Shown here: piece by piece, positions 11,431-23,290 of the stretch
Position numbering within the stretch: the first letter of the stretch is position 1
How the letters are laid out: each line of letters starts with the position of its first letter
NCBI RefSeq assembly: GCF_001194135.2
Contig: NC_068986.1
Span: forward strand, 107,694,173 to 107,738,092
Direction of reading: 5' to 3'
DNA from: Octopus bimaculoides
Taxonomy: Eukaryota
DNA length: 43,920 bases
Position numbers and translations under genes: made by a program
Notes under the pieces: generated by a model
The model's database searches: none
What the model was told of the DNA's origin: nothing
What the model saw: the letters and a program-made list of their open reading frames with translations, nothing else

Positions 11431-12156
11431 NNNNNNNNNNNNNNNNNNNNNNNNNNNNNNNNNNNNNNNNNNNNNNNNNNNNNNNNNNNNNNNNNNNNNN
11501 NNNNNNNNNNNNNNNNNNNNNNNNNNNNNNNNNNNNNNNNNNNNNNNNNNNNNNNNNNNNNNNNNNNNNNNNNNNNNNNNNNNNNNNNNNNNNNNNNNNN
11601 NNNNNNNNNNNNNNNNNNNNNNNNNNNNNNNNNNNNNNNNNNNNNNNNNNNNNNNNNNNNNNNNNNNNNNNNNNNNNNNNNNNNNNNNNNNNNNNNNNNN
11701 NNNNNNNNNNNNNNNNNNNNNNNNNNNNNNNNNNNNNNNNNNNNNNNNNNNNNNNNNNNNNNNNNNNNNNNNNNNNNNNNNNNNNNNNNNNNNNNNNNNN
11801 NNNNNNNNNNNNNNNNNNNNNNNNNNNNNNNNNNNNNNNNNNNNNNNNNNNNNNNNNNNNNNNNNNNNNNNNNNNNNNNNNNNNNNNNNNNNNNNNNNNN
11901 NNNNNNNNNNNNNNNNNNNNNNNNNNNNNNNNNNNNNNNNNNNNNNNNNNNNNNNNNNNNNNNNNNNNNNNNNNNNNNNNNNNNNNNNNNNNNNNNNNNN
12001 NNNNNNNNNNNNNNNNNNNNNNNNNNNNNNNNNNNNNNNNNNNNNNNNNNNNNNNNNNNNNNNNNNNNNNNNNNNNNNNNNNNNNNNNNNNNNNNNNNNN
12101 NNNNNNNNNNNNNNNNNNNNNNNNNNNNNNNNNNNNNNNNNNNNNNNNNNNNNNNN
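11431..12156. other. Assembly gap (N run)
   Basis: Ns. Confidence 1.
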
Positions 12157-12399
12157 TATATATATATATATATATATTGGGAGATATACACATAAATATA
12201 CATGTATGTATGTGAAACTTCTTGTCAACTACTAAACAGAGTTAAAGTATTAAAATATCTTCTCACCTTACATATGAAGACTTGGTTATGGGATTCAGGT
12301 TTGGCAATGTCATATACTTCAACGTTGTCGCTACGTGTTCTTCATTGGTAAGGAGAGTAGATAACACAAATATACTTTACTCAATAAGGGTAACAAGTA

Positions 12400-12700
12400 T
12401 ACAGTCCAAGACAGTTTCCTCAATAAATCTAATAAGTTGTACAAGACAGTTCACAGAATTAGTGAGAATGTATGCTGTATATAACACTTTCTCCAGCAAA
12501 TGTAGTGATAATGTATGTTGTATATTTTATCATTAAACGTAGTGATGGTATATGTAGAATAAGACAGTTCCTCAATAAATGTAGCGATAGTGTAGTGCAG
12601 GAAAGTTTCCGCAATACGTGCATTGAACGTATGGTACAAGTTTATTCAATAAGTGTAGTGAATGTGTATGTAGTTCAAGATAGTTTTCTCAATAAATTTC
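12400..12700. repeat. Degenerate ~40-bp minisatellite
   Basis: CAAGACAGTT(T)CCTCAATAAATGTAG-like units recur at ~12407, 12441, 12561 and 12676, with weaker units between. Confidence 0.6.
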
Positions 12701-13183
12701 CATGCACTGCGTAGGAGTGAGAGCGGTTAATATAAGCCGCTGGCAGTTGTTTAATGTACAGGATACAAAGAGAAAGACAAAGAGACAGATAGACAGACAG
12801 TTAGTAACAGAGATACAGAAAGTGAGAGAGAGTGTGGGGGGGGACACAGAGAGAGAGAGAAAAAGACAGAGAGTCATTTTCCATACGAAAAATACTATTT
12901 ACAAATATATGTTTAATATTAAATAAAAAAACAAGTTAGTCTAAACACTGATAGTCTTCTTCGACAAAATTCATTTAGAGACTTGATTTTAAAGTTTAGT
13001 AGATTTCCCTTTATTGGTGAGAGAATATACTAAGAGCTAAGCTATTAAAAATTTAACGAAGTATTCCTATTGCTCACAGTTAACTTCTCGTCTATAAATC
13101 AATTTTAAACAGTTCTTAACTTCTGAATTTACAGGTGAAAATGCTGTCTGTCGAGGTGTCAAGTTAGTATTACGCAGACATTT

Positions 13184-13401
13184 GGGCGTCGAGCTGGCAG
13201 AATCGTTATCACGCCGGGCAAAATGCTTAGCAGCATTTCTTCCAATTTTACGTTTTGAATTCAAATGCCACTGATGTCTACTTTGTCTTTCATCCTTCCG
13301 TAGTCGATTAAACAAATACCAGTCGAGTACTAAGGTCGATGTCATCAACTTAGCCCCTCCCTTGAAATTACTAGCTTTGTGCCAAAACTTGAAACCAAAA
13401 T
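13184..13401 (+). mobile_element. SINE family B, diverged full-length copy
   Basis: Aligns with 37191-37407. Confidence 0.85.
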
Positions 13402-14913
13402 CACACAGACATACATTCCAGGGTTTCATTCGAGTCACTGATTCTGCTTTCCTCATCCACAGTTATATTTCAAAGTGTATAAAATTGAAAATACTTAATT
13501 ACTTGCAACAGAATGTCCGCAAATTATATATTTATTAAGGAAGCTAATGAGATTGTGTGACATTCATGCCTTTCTCAAAATATCTAGTGATGTACGATGT
13601 AGAAGATGCGTATTATTTCAACTGTGAAACCATGCTATTTTACAGGGAGCCATTTCGTCAGTCAGTTCCCCGCAACCCACTGAGATTTTACTTTTTTTTT
13701 TTTCATTTCAGTAACGCGTGAACACAAGTTATTGGCCAAATGATATTTAATCGACTTCGATAATTTAAGAACGACCCTGATTGGATTCGAACTGAGAACG
13801 TAAAGAAAGAAAATTATATTTTACGATTTCTGAAAACTCACCATCGCTTCTCGTGCGATAACATTAATATGTCATAGGAGTTCTTACAGAATATGTGATT
13901 GTTCTCCCCAGTATAATTTTTTTTTTTACTATAGTAGTGAAAACATTTGAATTAAAAAAAACTACAGCAAACTATAGCTATAGAGAACTTCATCTATAGC
14001 TAATTTAATATGTATTCGTCAATACTGTCATCAACATCACGATTTTGTATAGCTGAAAGCTTTTTTCTTATAGGCAAATACTAAAGTGGTTTGTAGGAAG
14101 CACGATTCTCGAAAAAAATTTTTCTTGAAAATATCTAAACATAATAAATGAATAAACCATCAGTTTTCTAGGAGCTGAAGGATTCTTAATGTTAGTGCTT
14201 CGGGGTGAGACGTTAGTATAGAAGGAACATTTGGTGTTGTTCATTATCTTTATGACGAAACGCATTGTTGTAAATATGTTCAGAGAACATGAAAATAGGA
14301 ATTGAAGGAAATGTACGGAATAACCTGGAACTTTCTAAAATAGAAAAATTATCAAAATATCAACTTACACGAGAATGGAATGTTAAATGAATGAAGCGGA
14401 CTTCATGTCAGTATTAATGTCTGCTTATCTATTTCTAACTCGCTCCAACTGTCTATTGATCGCTGACTCATGATATAATTTTAAATTATTGAAAGATTTA
14501 GAATGTTCTTTTCAAATACTCTAGCTCCAACTTTATTTTTATCTTTTTATCCAACCTCTATACTGGAGCTTTGTCTGGAAAGCAATCAGTTTCTATTTCA
14601 GTCGTATATATGACGTTAGTCGTGTATGCGACTCGGTTTCAATTCCTCACCCGTAAGTTGCTAAGTCGTTTTAACAGAAGTACATATTTCAACTAGTTTC
14701 GATTATGACTGGAGAAAAACAATGATGAGCGAATAAAACTTCGTTTGAAATACGAAAATTAGTCATCTTGGAAACTGATAAAAATCCATTTGCCTCTCAT
14801 TATGAATACTTTAGTAGAATAAGTGACTAAAATATCTTATCAAATTGGTATTTTCTACGTTTTATATGATTACGAAATGGTGTGAACAATATCTGGCCTA
14901 TTGCCATTGTACC

Positions 14914-15082
14914 GTGGAGGCGCAATGGCCTAGTGGTTAGAGAAGCGGACTCGCGGTCTTAGGATCGCGGTTTTGATTCCCAGACCGGGTGCTGTGAGTG
15001 TTTATTGAGCGAAAACACCTAAAGCTCCACGAGGCTCCGGCAGGGGATGGTGACAAACCCTGCTGTACTCTTTCACCGCAAC
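14914..15082 (+). mobile_element. tRNA-derived SINE family C, 5' half
   Basis: A box TGGCCTAGTGG and B box GGTTTTGATTCC; matches the copies at 28336, 35535 and 43538. Confidence 0.9.
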
Positions 15083-15274
15083 ATTCGATTTTTTTTTCTG
15101 TCAAAATGTAAGGGTTAAGAAGCATCCTTATTTCTCTTATTGATCAAATATTTAGTATCTCCTGTCTCTGAATAGGGAAGGTGTATCCTTATAACAAGAC
15201 GTAATGTATCTATTATATGTATTTATGTATTATATCTATGTATATATGTATGTACTATGTATGTATGTATGTAC

Positions 15275-15560
15275 GTAGTGAATCCAAACAAAGAAGATCA
15301 AACAAGAAAAAACAGCAACGCGACGACTTGGTACAAGTACTGTATTATCAGACGCTCAAGAAGGGAAAGAAAGAGGATTTAATGTTTCGAGCAAAGCTCT
15401 TCTTCAGAATTAGAGGAAAGTCCAAAAGAATGGAAGACGGAGGAAGAAAATCACCAACGATACACATGTGGTTACATTTTGAAATGACCGGAAGGGAATG
15501 GGTGAGGGAAAAGTTCTTTCTAAGACAGGAGAGTGCAAGAGAAGGAGGTATGCCTGGGTA
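15275..15560 (-). mobile_element. Probable Penelope-like pseudo-LTR fragment carrying a decayed hammerhead core (15377-15411)
   Basis: Minus strand reads CTGAAGA-A-GAGC-TTT-GCTC-GAAAC-ATT-AAAT. The core and stem II are intact; stems I and III are damaged. The PLE assignment is inferred from the motif type. Confidence 0.55.
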
Positions 15561-17349
15561 TGTGCGTGTGCGCAGGTCTGTCTGTGTGTGTATGTGTGTG
15601 TGTGTAATAATAGCACGTGTATGTTCGTATGTGTGTGTGTGTGTGTGTGTGTGTGGTTTTGGCTGTTTATATTTGTGTGTGAGTGGACTTTGTGTCGCTT
15701 AATGTCGTAGGAAGAATTTATAGTAAGAATTTTTGGTAGGAGGGGCTGTCTTTTGTGTCTTCCTTCACATGTGCGTAGGAGAATATGTATGTATGCATGC
15801 ATGCATGCATGTATGAATGTAAGTATATATGTATATTTGCTTTGTTTGTGAAAAGCTATGGATGCAAATGTCGATAGTATTGATCACAGTATTTTTGATA
15901 AAGAAACTATTCTTGACTTTCAATTGTATCGACCCCATTTGCGTCTCTACTGTCTGTAATGAAATCATAGAACGGTTCCATAACACTTCCTTCATGTTAA
16001 AATTTAGTGTTATAATAATTTTTAAATCACATGTATTTATTCACAGATGTGTGTTCGAGTACGTAACTATGCATTAATCAACACTTTCTACGTGTGAGGT
16101 GAAGATTTTCGCCACATTCTAATTCAGCAATCATATGTTATATTAAGGACAGATGAAAAGCAATATACTGCAGCCTACTCTCACAGCTGCCGAAAGAAAA
16201 AGGAGAATTAGTTTCTGAACAGACACATATCTATTTTAGTTTTTCAGTCATTTAACTGATTGCAGTCTGAGAGTCTTCTCTTGGCTATTGTCTGAAGTAC
16301 TTTTTATCTCAAACAATACGTTCGCTAAATTAATAGGCTTGCACCAATCTGGCATATGTATATTTCTTTCTCTATGTGTAAGAGTATTTGTGTTCTGTGA
16401 CTACGTGAATGTTGAAGATGAAAAGAGAATAATATGTTAGTTTATTGCTACGTAGGAACACTAATAGGTAGGTGAGGATATTGTGGAGGTGGGGAAGATG
16501 TTGATAAATGCCTAGGCAAGATGATGTAGGAAGAAACAAAAGAAAGAGTTTCATACTTCGTTTTAGACGGAAACCTACGGCTTTGATCACTGTTCGGTCC
16601 TTCATCAAGAAAATAGAAGCTATCATCAAGATATTTTAGTGCTTCATTACTTCATTGCAGTAAGCTATATCAATCATTGTTTTTCTAAATCTTTTCAAGA
16701 AAAATGGTTTAGTAAGTATAGTTTTTACTTCACTGTTTATTTTAATGTGTCACGTGACTAAATTAGACAAAGCAGATCAAAATTCCATTAATTTAAATGG
16801 GTCTAAAATAGACTCAATGCTTATGAGGAATATTTTTAGTGTAACGTTTTACGGAGAAGCGATTATCACATTAACTATTTTCGACGTTGTCATTGTTGAG
16901 AAATCTTAATTCGTTCTTAATGCATGGATTTTAGAGAAAACATTTTAGAGAAGATATTTTTGAGAAAATATTGTTCCCAAATATTTAGGGTAAACAGTTG
17001 TGTGCTGAGAATTCTGTTCTGTAGGTATTTTGTCCCTTCCACAGCGACACCACAATTGCCCAGGACCATCCAGCAATGTAGGTGACAAAACTCCCGCGTA
17101 ACAGTACGAGCTTCGTTAACTCTGATGTTGGGGGTCTAGGCCAAACGTTTCTATTATCCTAAATGTTCATTCTTGTTGCACCACTCGTTCTCTCTCTTGA
17201 TTCAGGTACTTTTCTGTTTGGTAACCACTCTTCTCTCCTCTGCAACTAATCCAAGATGCCTGAACACTGTGTCAGCCCTCATTCCAACAAATACTCTAAC
17301 ACCTAACTCTGTAGGAAGGCAAATAACTTCCCATCCATTACTTTACATG

Positions 17350-17765
17350 CTCTTACTCTTTACTCTTTTACTTGTTTCAGTCATTTGACTGCGGCCATGC
17401 TGGAGCACCGCCTTTAGTCGAGCAAGTCGACCCCATGACTTATGCTTCGTAAGCCTAGTACTTATTCTATCGGTCTCTTTGGCCGAACCGCTAAATTACG
17501 GAGACGTAAACACACCAGCATCGGTTGTCAAGCGATGTTGGGGAACAAACACAGACACGCAAACACACACACACGCACACACACATACATATATACATAT
17601 ATACGACGGGCTTCTTTCAGTTTCCGTCTACCAAATCCACTCACAAGGCTTTGGTCAGCCCGAGGCTATAGTAGAAGACACTTGCCCAAGGTGCCACGCA
17701 GTGGAACTGAACCCGGAACCATGTGGTTGGTAAGCAAGCTACTTACCACACAACCACTCCTACGC
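17350..17765 (-). mobile_element. SINE family A, full length
   Basis: tRNA-like head with A/B boxes, internal (CA)n/(TA)n and an (AGAGTAAA)n tail; highly similar to 23641-24053. Confidence 0.95.
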
Positions 17766-18818
17766 ACACATGTTTAACAGACTCACTATATTTTCCGTCT
17801 CTCCTGAGGAATTATGGTTTAGTTTAATTCCATTAATTTTATTTAAGAAGAAACTAATCTTGTAATTGTTAATATTGAAATATATTAATCGTTTACATTT
17901 CCTATATTAACTTTCAAAGTGGCCTTCTAATATGGGGTTTTTGGACGATACTTGTCATCATTACTTAGGAACTCATTGAGTTTTACGCGAGTCTTCTTTA
18001 TTTTTAATCAACTGGTTAATACCACCTCTCATAGAATGCTGGTTTGTGGAACATTCAAGTATGAGTGTGTAAAATGTGGTCTTACTGTACACAACACACA
18101 TAGATGCATTGACATATATTTAGGTGTACAACTACATTTTTATTGTCACCTTCTATAAGCATGTATCAAACACTCATATTTTTGGTTAAAAAATTATAAA
18201 AGTCATTAAAAAAACGAAGAACTCCCTTATTAGATTATCCCAGAATACTCCTTAGAATGAAATTATATTAGGAATCGTAATTCAGTTAAGGATTAAAATA
18301 GTACATCATCTCCAAAAAATGTGCAACTTGACATCATGATTAGAAGTATTGACAACCACAGAAAATTTGTATATCAAGTGACACAGAGAAATCAAGATTC
18401 CTTATATGCATGTGTTATAACGACAATCCAGACATCTTTGTGTAACGCATCACTCGGGTAACATGAATAGAAAAGTATAAATCAATATGTCACGTTATCA
18501 CAAACGTGTTGGAAAATAATTATTCTGCAAAATTTAAAAGAAAATATGGAGTAAGGTAGTATGAACATTTGAGTAGACTAAGGTATGTATCTGAAGTGAA
18601 ACATGAAGAAGGAACACTTAGCAATATCTGCCGAATTTTCTGAAAAATAATGAGTCCCTAGTCTCAGGTAGTTCTCCTTATGTGTCTGAATAGTTATATT
18701 TGTCTGGGGATAAAGAATACTTGCTGACCAAATAGCACAATAGATAAGAGCTAATTATTCAGACATAAACACACAAACATATATGTATGTGTGTGTGTAT
18801 ATATATATATATATATAA

Positions 18819-19361
18819 CAAATAAGTAACAAGGGTGTACAGCAATCAGTGCATTACGGCCGTTTCAAGAGGCTCCATTTAATCGATCAATGCAAACATT
18901 ACATCAATTTGAAATAAACCACACTTCTCGGAAGCAGACGACTATATAGATTTCCAACATTAAGGATACACCATTATATATTTTTAGCAAATTTTTCATC
19001 ATTACTAGAGATTAAAATTATTACATTGCTTCTCTTTGCTAGTTTTGTGGCAAGACCCCCCCCCCCATTATTTTTTCTGTCTCTCTAAATTATAGTAGAT
19101 TTTAAGTATTTTCCCCTAAATTCATTCTGCCACAAAAATAGCAAAGAGAAGCAGAATAATTGTTTTAGTCTCTATTACTGATGAAAAATTTGCTAAAAAA
19201 TTATAATGGTGTATCCTGTATGTCGGAAATCTATATGGTCGTCTGCAACCGAGGAGATCGGTTTATTTCAAATTAATGTAATGTTTTCATTGATCGATTA
19301 AATGGCGCCGCTTGAAACGGCCGCGATGCACTGATACCTGGACATCCTTGTTACTTATTTG
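18819..19361. mobile_element. Foldback element with ~234-bp inverted arms and a 75-bp loop
   Basis: 18819-19052 is the reverse complement of 19128-19361, with high identity by eye. Confidence 0.9.
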
Positions 19362-19452
19362 CTTTTTATTCGCCTAACTTCGAGCTGTGGGGACCATACG
19401 CGACTGACTTCGTGCTTCAACTTAAGTACTTAATTCAACTGAATCTTAATTA

Positions 19453-19499
<47 letters not shown>

Positions 19500-19512
19500 A
19501 TGCGTCTGTGTG

Positions 19513-19915
19513 TTATAATTTAGAATAAGCAGTAAGTTGTCATTATAGTACTCGGAGTTTCGAATGTCAGAGCGAAGAGCTATGATGCATACATTCTTGT
19601 TGGCTATTAATGGCAACAGACACTATGAAAAACCGTTGAATAAAAGGGAGGTTACTCTAATAAGCAGAAAAAGATAAAAGATAAAAAACACACGTAAGGT
19701 TTATGTCTATATATTGTGAGAATATGGTCGCGTGTAATTTTTATATTTTTATCTTTTTAATTTTCTACCTATTAGAGTAACTTCCTTTTTATTCGATGGT
19801 TTTTCATAGCGTCTATTGCCATTAATAGCCAAGAATGTATCGTAGCTCTTCGCACCGACATTCGAAACTCCGAGTACTATAATGACAACATTTTACTGTC
19901 TGTTCTAAATTATAA
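19513..19915. mobile_element. Foldback element with ~185-bp inverted arms
   Basis: TTATAATTTAGAA...GTTGTCATTATAGTACTCGGAGTTTCGAATGTC... and its reverse complement ending at 19915. Confidence 0.9.
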
Positions 19916-19972
19916 TATATATAAATAATCCCCTATTTATCTAACATCGAGGTCTCATTCTTTTGTTGTCAC

Positions 19973-20107
<135 letters not shown>

Positions 20108-20176
20108 TCCCCTGCTCCCGTGATAACTACCGCAGTATAGTTTGTTCTAAAAGAACATCCATGTTGAAGTGGGCAT

Positions 20177-20510
20177 ATAGGCATGGCTGTGTGGTAAGAA
20201 ACTTGCTTCCAAACTACATGGTTCTGAATTCAGTCCCACTGCATGGCACCTTGGGCAAGTATCTTCTGCTATAGCCTTGGGCCGACCGAAGCCTTGTGGG
20301 TGGATTTGGTAGACGGAAACTGTCGTGCGTGTGCGTATTTCTGTGTTTTTGTGTCTGTGTTTGCCCCACACCATCTCTTCACAACCAGTATTGGCGTGTT
20401 TACGTCCCCGTAACTTAGCGGTATGGCAACAGAAAACAATGGAAAATGCATCCGGCTTAAAACATAAAATATAGGGATTGATTCATTTGACTAAAAATTC
20501 TTCAAAGCAA
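20177..20510 (+). mobile_element. SINE family A, diverged copy
   Basis: Head and body align with family A. Confidence 0.85.
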
Positions 20511-20886
20511 AGTTTGAACATTCTGTTTGTCCGTTGTAGTTTTTTCGTTCTTTTAATATTACACTTTTTTAGATTTTTCCTCTTTTAGGCAATTTGCTTG
20601 CAAAGAAAAGCACAGCTTCTGCCTATAGTAGCTGCATTTGTTGTTAATTATGGTATGTGACTTTCCAAGTATATCATTGTTTAGGACCTAAGTAGCTTAT
20701 ATTTGCATCTTTTGCAGCTATACTTAACTTTTGCGTTGTTGCCATTGAATATCTTGTGATATCTATGTTCGCCGAGGACGAATTAGCTGATCAGAGATAG
20801 GAAGTAGCAGGTAATGGTCCTTCTTTATAATGTTGTTTATTGTTTCAGTATTATGGATATAGTAAAGTGCATTGAGATCTTTCTCT

Positions 20887-20925
20887 AGTTCTCTCTCTAT
20901 CTTTCTCTCTCTCTCTCTCTCTCGT

Positions 20926-20980
<55 letters not shown>

Positions 20981-20989
20981 TTCTCTCTC
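20887..20989. repeat. (CT)n microsatellite
   Basis: Directly visible. Confidence 0.95.
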
Positions 20990-21229
20990 AGTTATGTTTA
21001 AATGTTGTGAGGTCTTTAAGATTTACCTCTTTGTATAAGGGTTTCTAACTCACTTCAGGCAGAGTTGTAGCTTTTGTTCTCTCCAGTAGTGTACACAAGT
21101 GCTACGAAAAATATCTGTGTATATCATTTGATTATCATTCGACCAGTATTCTAGCAGTGACCAACCTATCTTCTTTTCTAACTAATAACATTCAGCATTA
21201 TTTTATCGCCTATATTTAAATATTTAAAG

Positions 21230-22059
21230 ACAGTAGACTAGCAATTCCGGATTATCTAATGATCGTAGATGGTAAGTAATAAATTATTTTTCAAGTGCTT
21301 TTAATAAGATAAGTTTTTAATCGATGGATAGAATTTTACAATGTTGAACTGTGTGAATTTATGCAACATTTTCGTTGTTATTAATTAACTGATGACGAAT
21401 CTACTCTTGTGCCATTGTATTAATTTTGACACTTTCCTCATTTCAGAGTTAATATATCTATGGTTATTTTCACACTATCTTTAATCTACCTTTCACTGAT
21501 TTCATTAATCAGCAATTGTAGTTTTACCAACGAGTTTTTTTATGGACTGTTTTGTTTTGGTTTTCGTTTTAGAGAGATTTTTTTTTGTGAGGTGGGGGTT
21601 GTTTTGTCTTGCTAGGTATTCGATTCAATAAACTTATTGCTAAATCCTGTGTTCTCTGTTAACAGTGTGGTATAATTTGAGGCTCTTCGTGACTGCCTTT
21701 GTCGGCTGCATGCAGATTTTTTTACCTGCAGATATGAAGGAGCTTTTCACTGATATGTCACTTTTGTAGGGATTGGATATTTGAGTGTAATTTCTTTTGG
21801 AATCTGTTCCTATATTGTCTTAATCTTTGTTTTTTTTATGTTGCCTGTAAGGTTTGTTTCAAATTTTTCTATATCTTTAACTAGTGTTGTACAATTACGT
21901 ATTTTGAAGCCAAATGTTTTCTTGCGAATAATATATTGATCTTTTAGTGATCGTAAACGTTTAGTTACATTTCTGACATTTTAGATTAGACATTACTAGC
22001 GATGCTTTACATTGGCATAGAAAAATTTCAATTGAATATCCAAGTATTTACTGTTCCAT
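21230..22059 (-). mobile_element. Heavily decayed Penelope-like element: ORF N-terminus and RT motifs
   Basis: Minus strand reads MEQ..LGYS (ATG at 22059), TFGFK (21903-21917), ADK (21698-21706), LIQWHKS, FTQFNIVKFYPSI (21319-21357; compare PLE F.xFDIVDFYPSI) and LLKAL. The motifs are colinear, with many stops and frameshifts. Confidence 0.75.
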
Positions 22060-22332
22060 ACTCAGTTTGCTCCTCAAATCGTAAAAATGTGTTTTATCTT
22101 GCGAAAATTGTTTATATTTTCATCTCTTATAGTTTATTCATTAAAAAGGAATAGAACAATTATATATAAACATTACAGCCACCCACTTTGAATAATAAAG
22201 AATGTAGTTAGCTAAATAAACCGGAGAATGTCTACTAAATCACCCAATAAGATAACATTTCATTAAGATCATATATCTTTACAAATAATACATTTCTAAA
22301 CCTCTCAGAGAGATTTATGCAGTAGTGATACG

Positions 22333-22590
22333 ATGAAGTAGTTGTATGCTGTCAACTTAATGTGACAGTCCCCTGCTACTCCAGACTGATGACGAGCAAA
22401 GACTCAGAAACATGTCTCTGGATGTAGGCTTAGCTGGGTGGAGGTGTTTGTCTCCCCCTTGTAAACATAAGGACACAGGAAATGTGTCAAGGCAGACAGG
22501 AAGTGGTGCAGCTTCCAAGGTCTAACCAGCAGTAGTATTATTCCCTTCAGGGGACTGTCACATTAAGTTGACAGCATACAACTACTTCAT
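22333..22590 (+). mobile_element. 258-bp mini-element with perfect 43-bp terminal inverted repeats enclosing a hammerhead ribozyme
   Basis: 22333-22375 (ATGAAGTAGTTGTATGCTGTCAACTTAATGTGACAGTCCCCTG) is the exact reverse complement of 22548-22590. No TSD is visible. Confidence 0.85.
22376..22427 (+). ncRNA. Minimal type I hammerhead ribozyme (PLE/retrozyme type)
   Basis: Stem I CTAC-TCCAGA/TCTGGA-t-GTAG. Core CTGATGA (22386-92). Stem II GAG/CTC, with an unpaired C and A at its base. GAAA (22407-10). Palindromic stem III ACATGT. Predicted cleavage GUC after 22416. Confidence 0.75.
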
Positions 22591-22596
22591 ATGTAT

Positions 22597-22881
22597 TTAC
22601 CTTTTACTTTTTATTTGTTTCTGTCATTGGATTTGCGGCCGTGCTGGGGCACTAGCATGAAAGATTTTACTCGAACAAACCGACCCGTGTATTTATTTTT
22701 TAAGTCTGGTACTTGTTCTATCGGTCTCTTGCAAGCTGTTAAATTTTGGTTGCCAAACGGTGGGGAACAAACACGGACACAAAGACACACTCACAAACTA
22801 CAAGGTTCCTCACAGTCTCTATCAAATAGTTTTAATTGGATCGCGGCTTTAGTAGAAGACATTTACCCAAGGTGCCGCGCA
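22597..22881 (-). mobile_element. SINE family A, old degraded copy
   Basis: Tail and body segments align with family A. Confidence 0.75.
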
Positions 22882-23205
22882 GTTTTATCCCAGCTCATCT
22901 AAGACTACATCTATTTTGATGCATGTTCATAGAAATTTTTCTTGAATGGGTTTACAATAGGGGCCCCAGTTCCATCATATCACGTATTCTAACCTCCAGG
23001 ATACTGTCAAATTCGTAGAAATAAGAAGATACTCGCTTTCGTATCTGGACTAGACAGGTTGTGTACCAATCCAGCAAGAGAATTAGACCAGCAGAGGTAA
23101 TCACTTTATACACGCCATGCAAAACCGTTTTATTAGGTAGTCCGAGCTCATTCTCTGTTGCTTCAAAACTAAGTACCACTGTTTGTGTTCTAGAGTACAT
23201 ATTGT

Positions 23206-23290
23206 TGTTATTGTTGTTCTTCTTCTTCTTCTGCCTCTACTACTGCTACTACTTCTTCTTCTTCTTCTACTTCTTTGTTTTCTTCTTCTT
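23206..23290. repeat. (TTG)n/(TTC)n/(CTA)n compound microsatellite
   Basis: Directly visible. Confidence 0.9.

Noticed and set aside
14914-14990. tRNA gene calls for SINE heads (also 28336, 35535 and 43538)
   Set aside because: A/B boxes are present, but there is no closed acceptor stem and each continues into a shared SINE body and tail.
19178-19330. CTGATGA at 19178 paired with GAAAC at ~19314 as a long-stem-II hammerhead
   Set aside because: The halves are ~130 nt apart and the flanks form no stem I. Isolated CTGATGA at 21388 and 39827 likewise lack GAAA and stems.
22952-23200. 82-aa minus-strand ORF MYSRTQTVV...
   Set aside because: No recognisable family or convincing exon boundaries.
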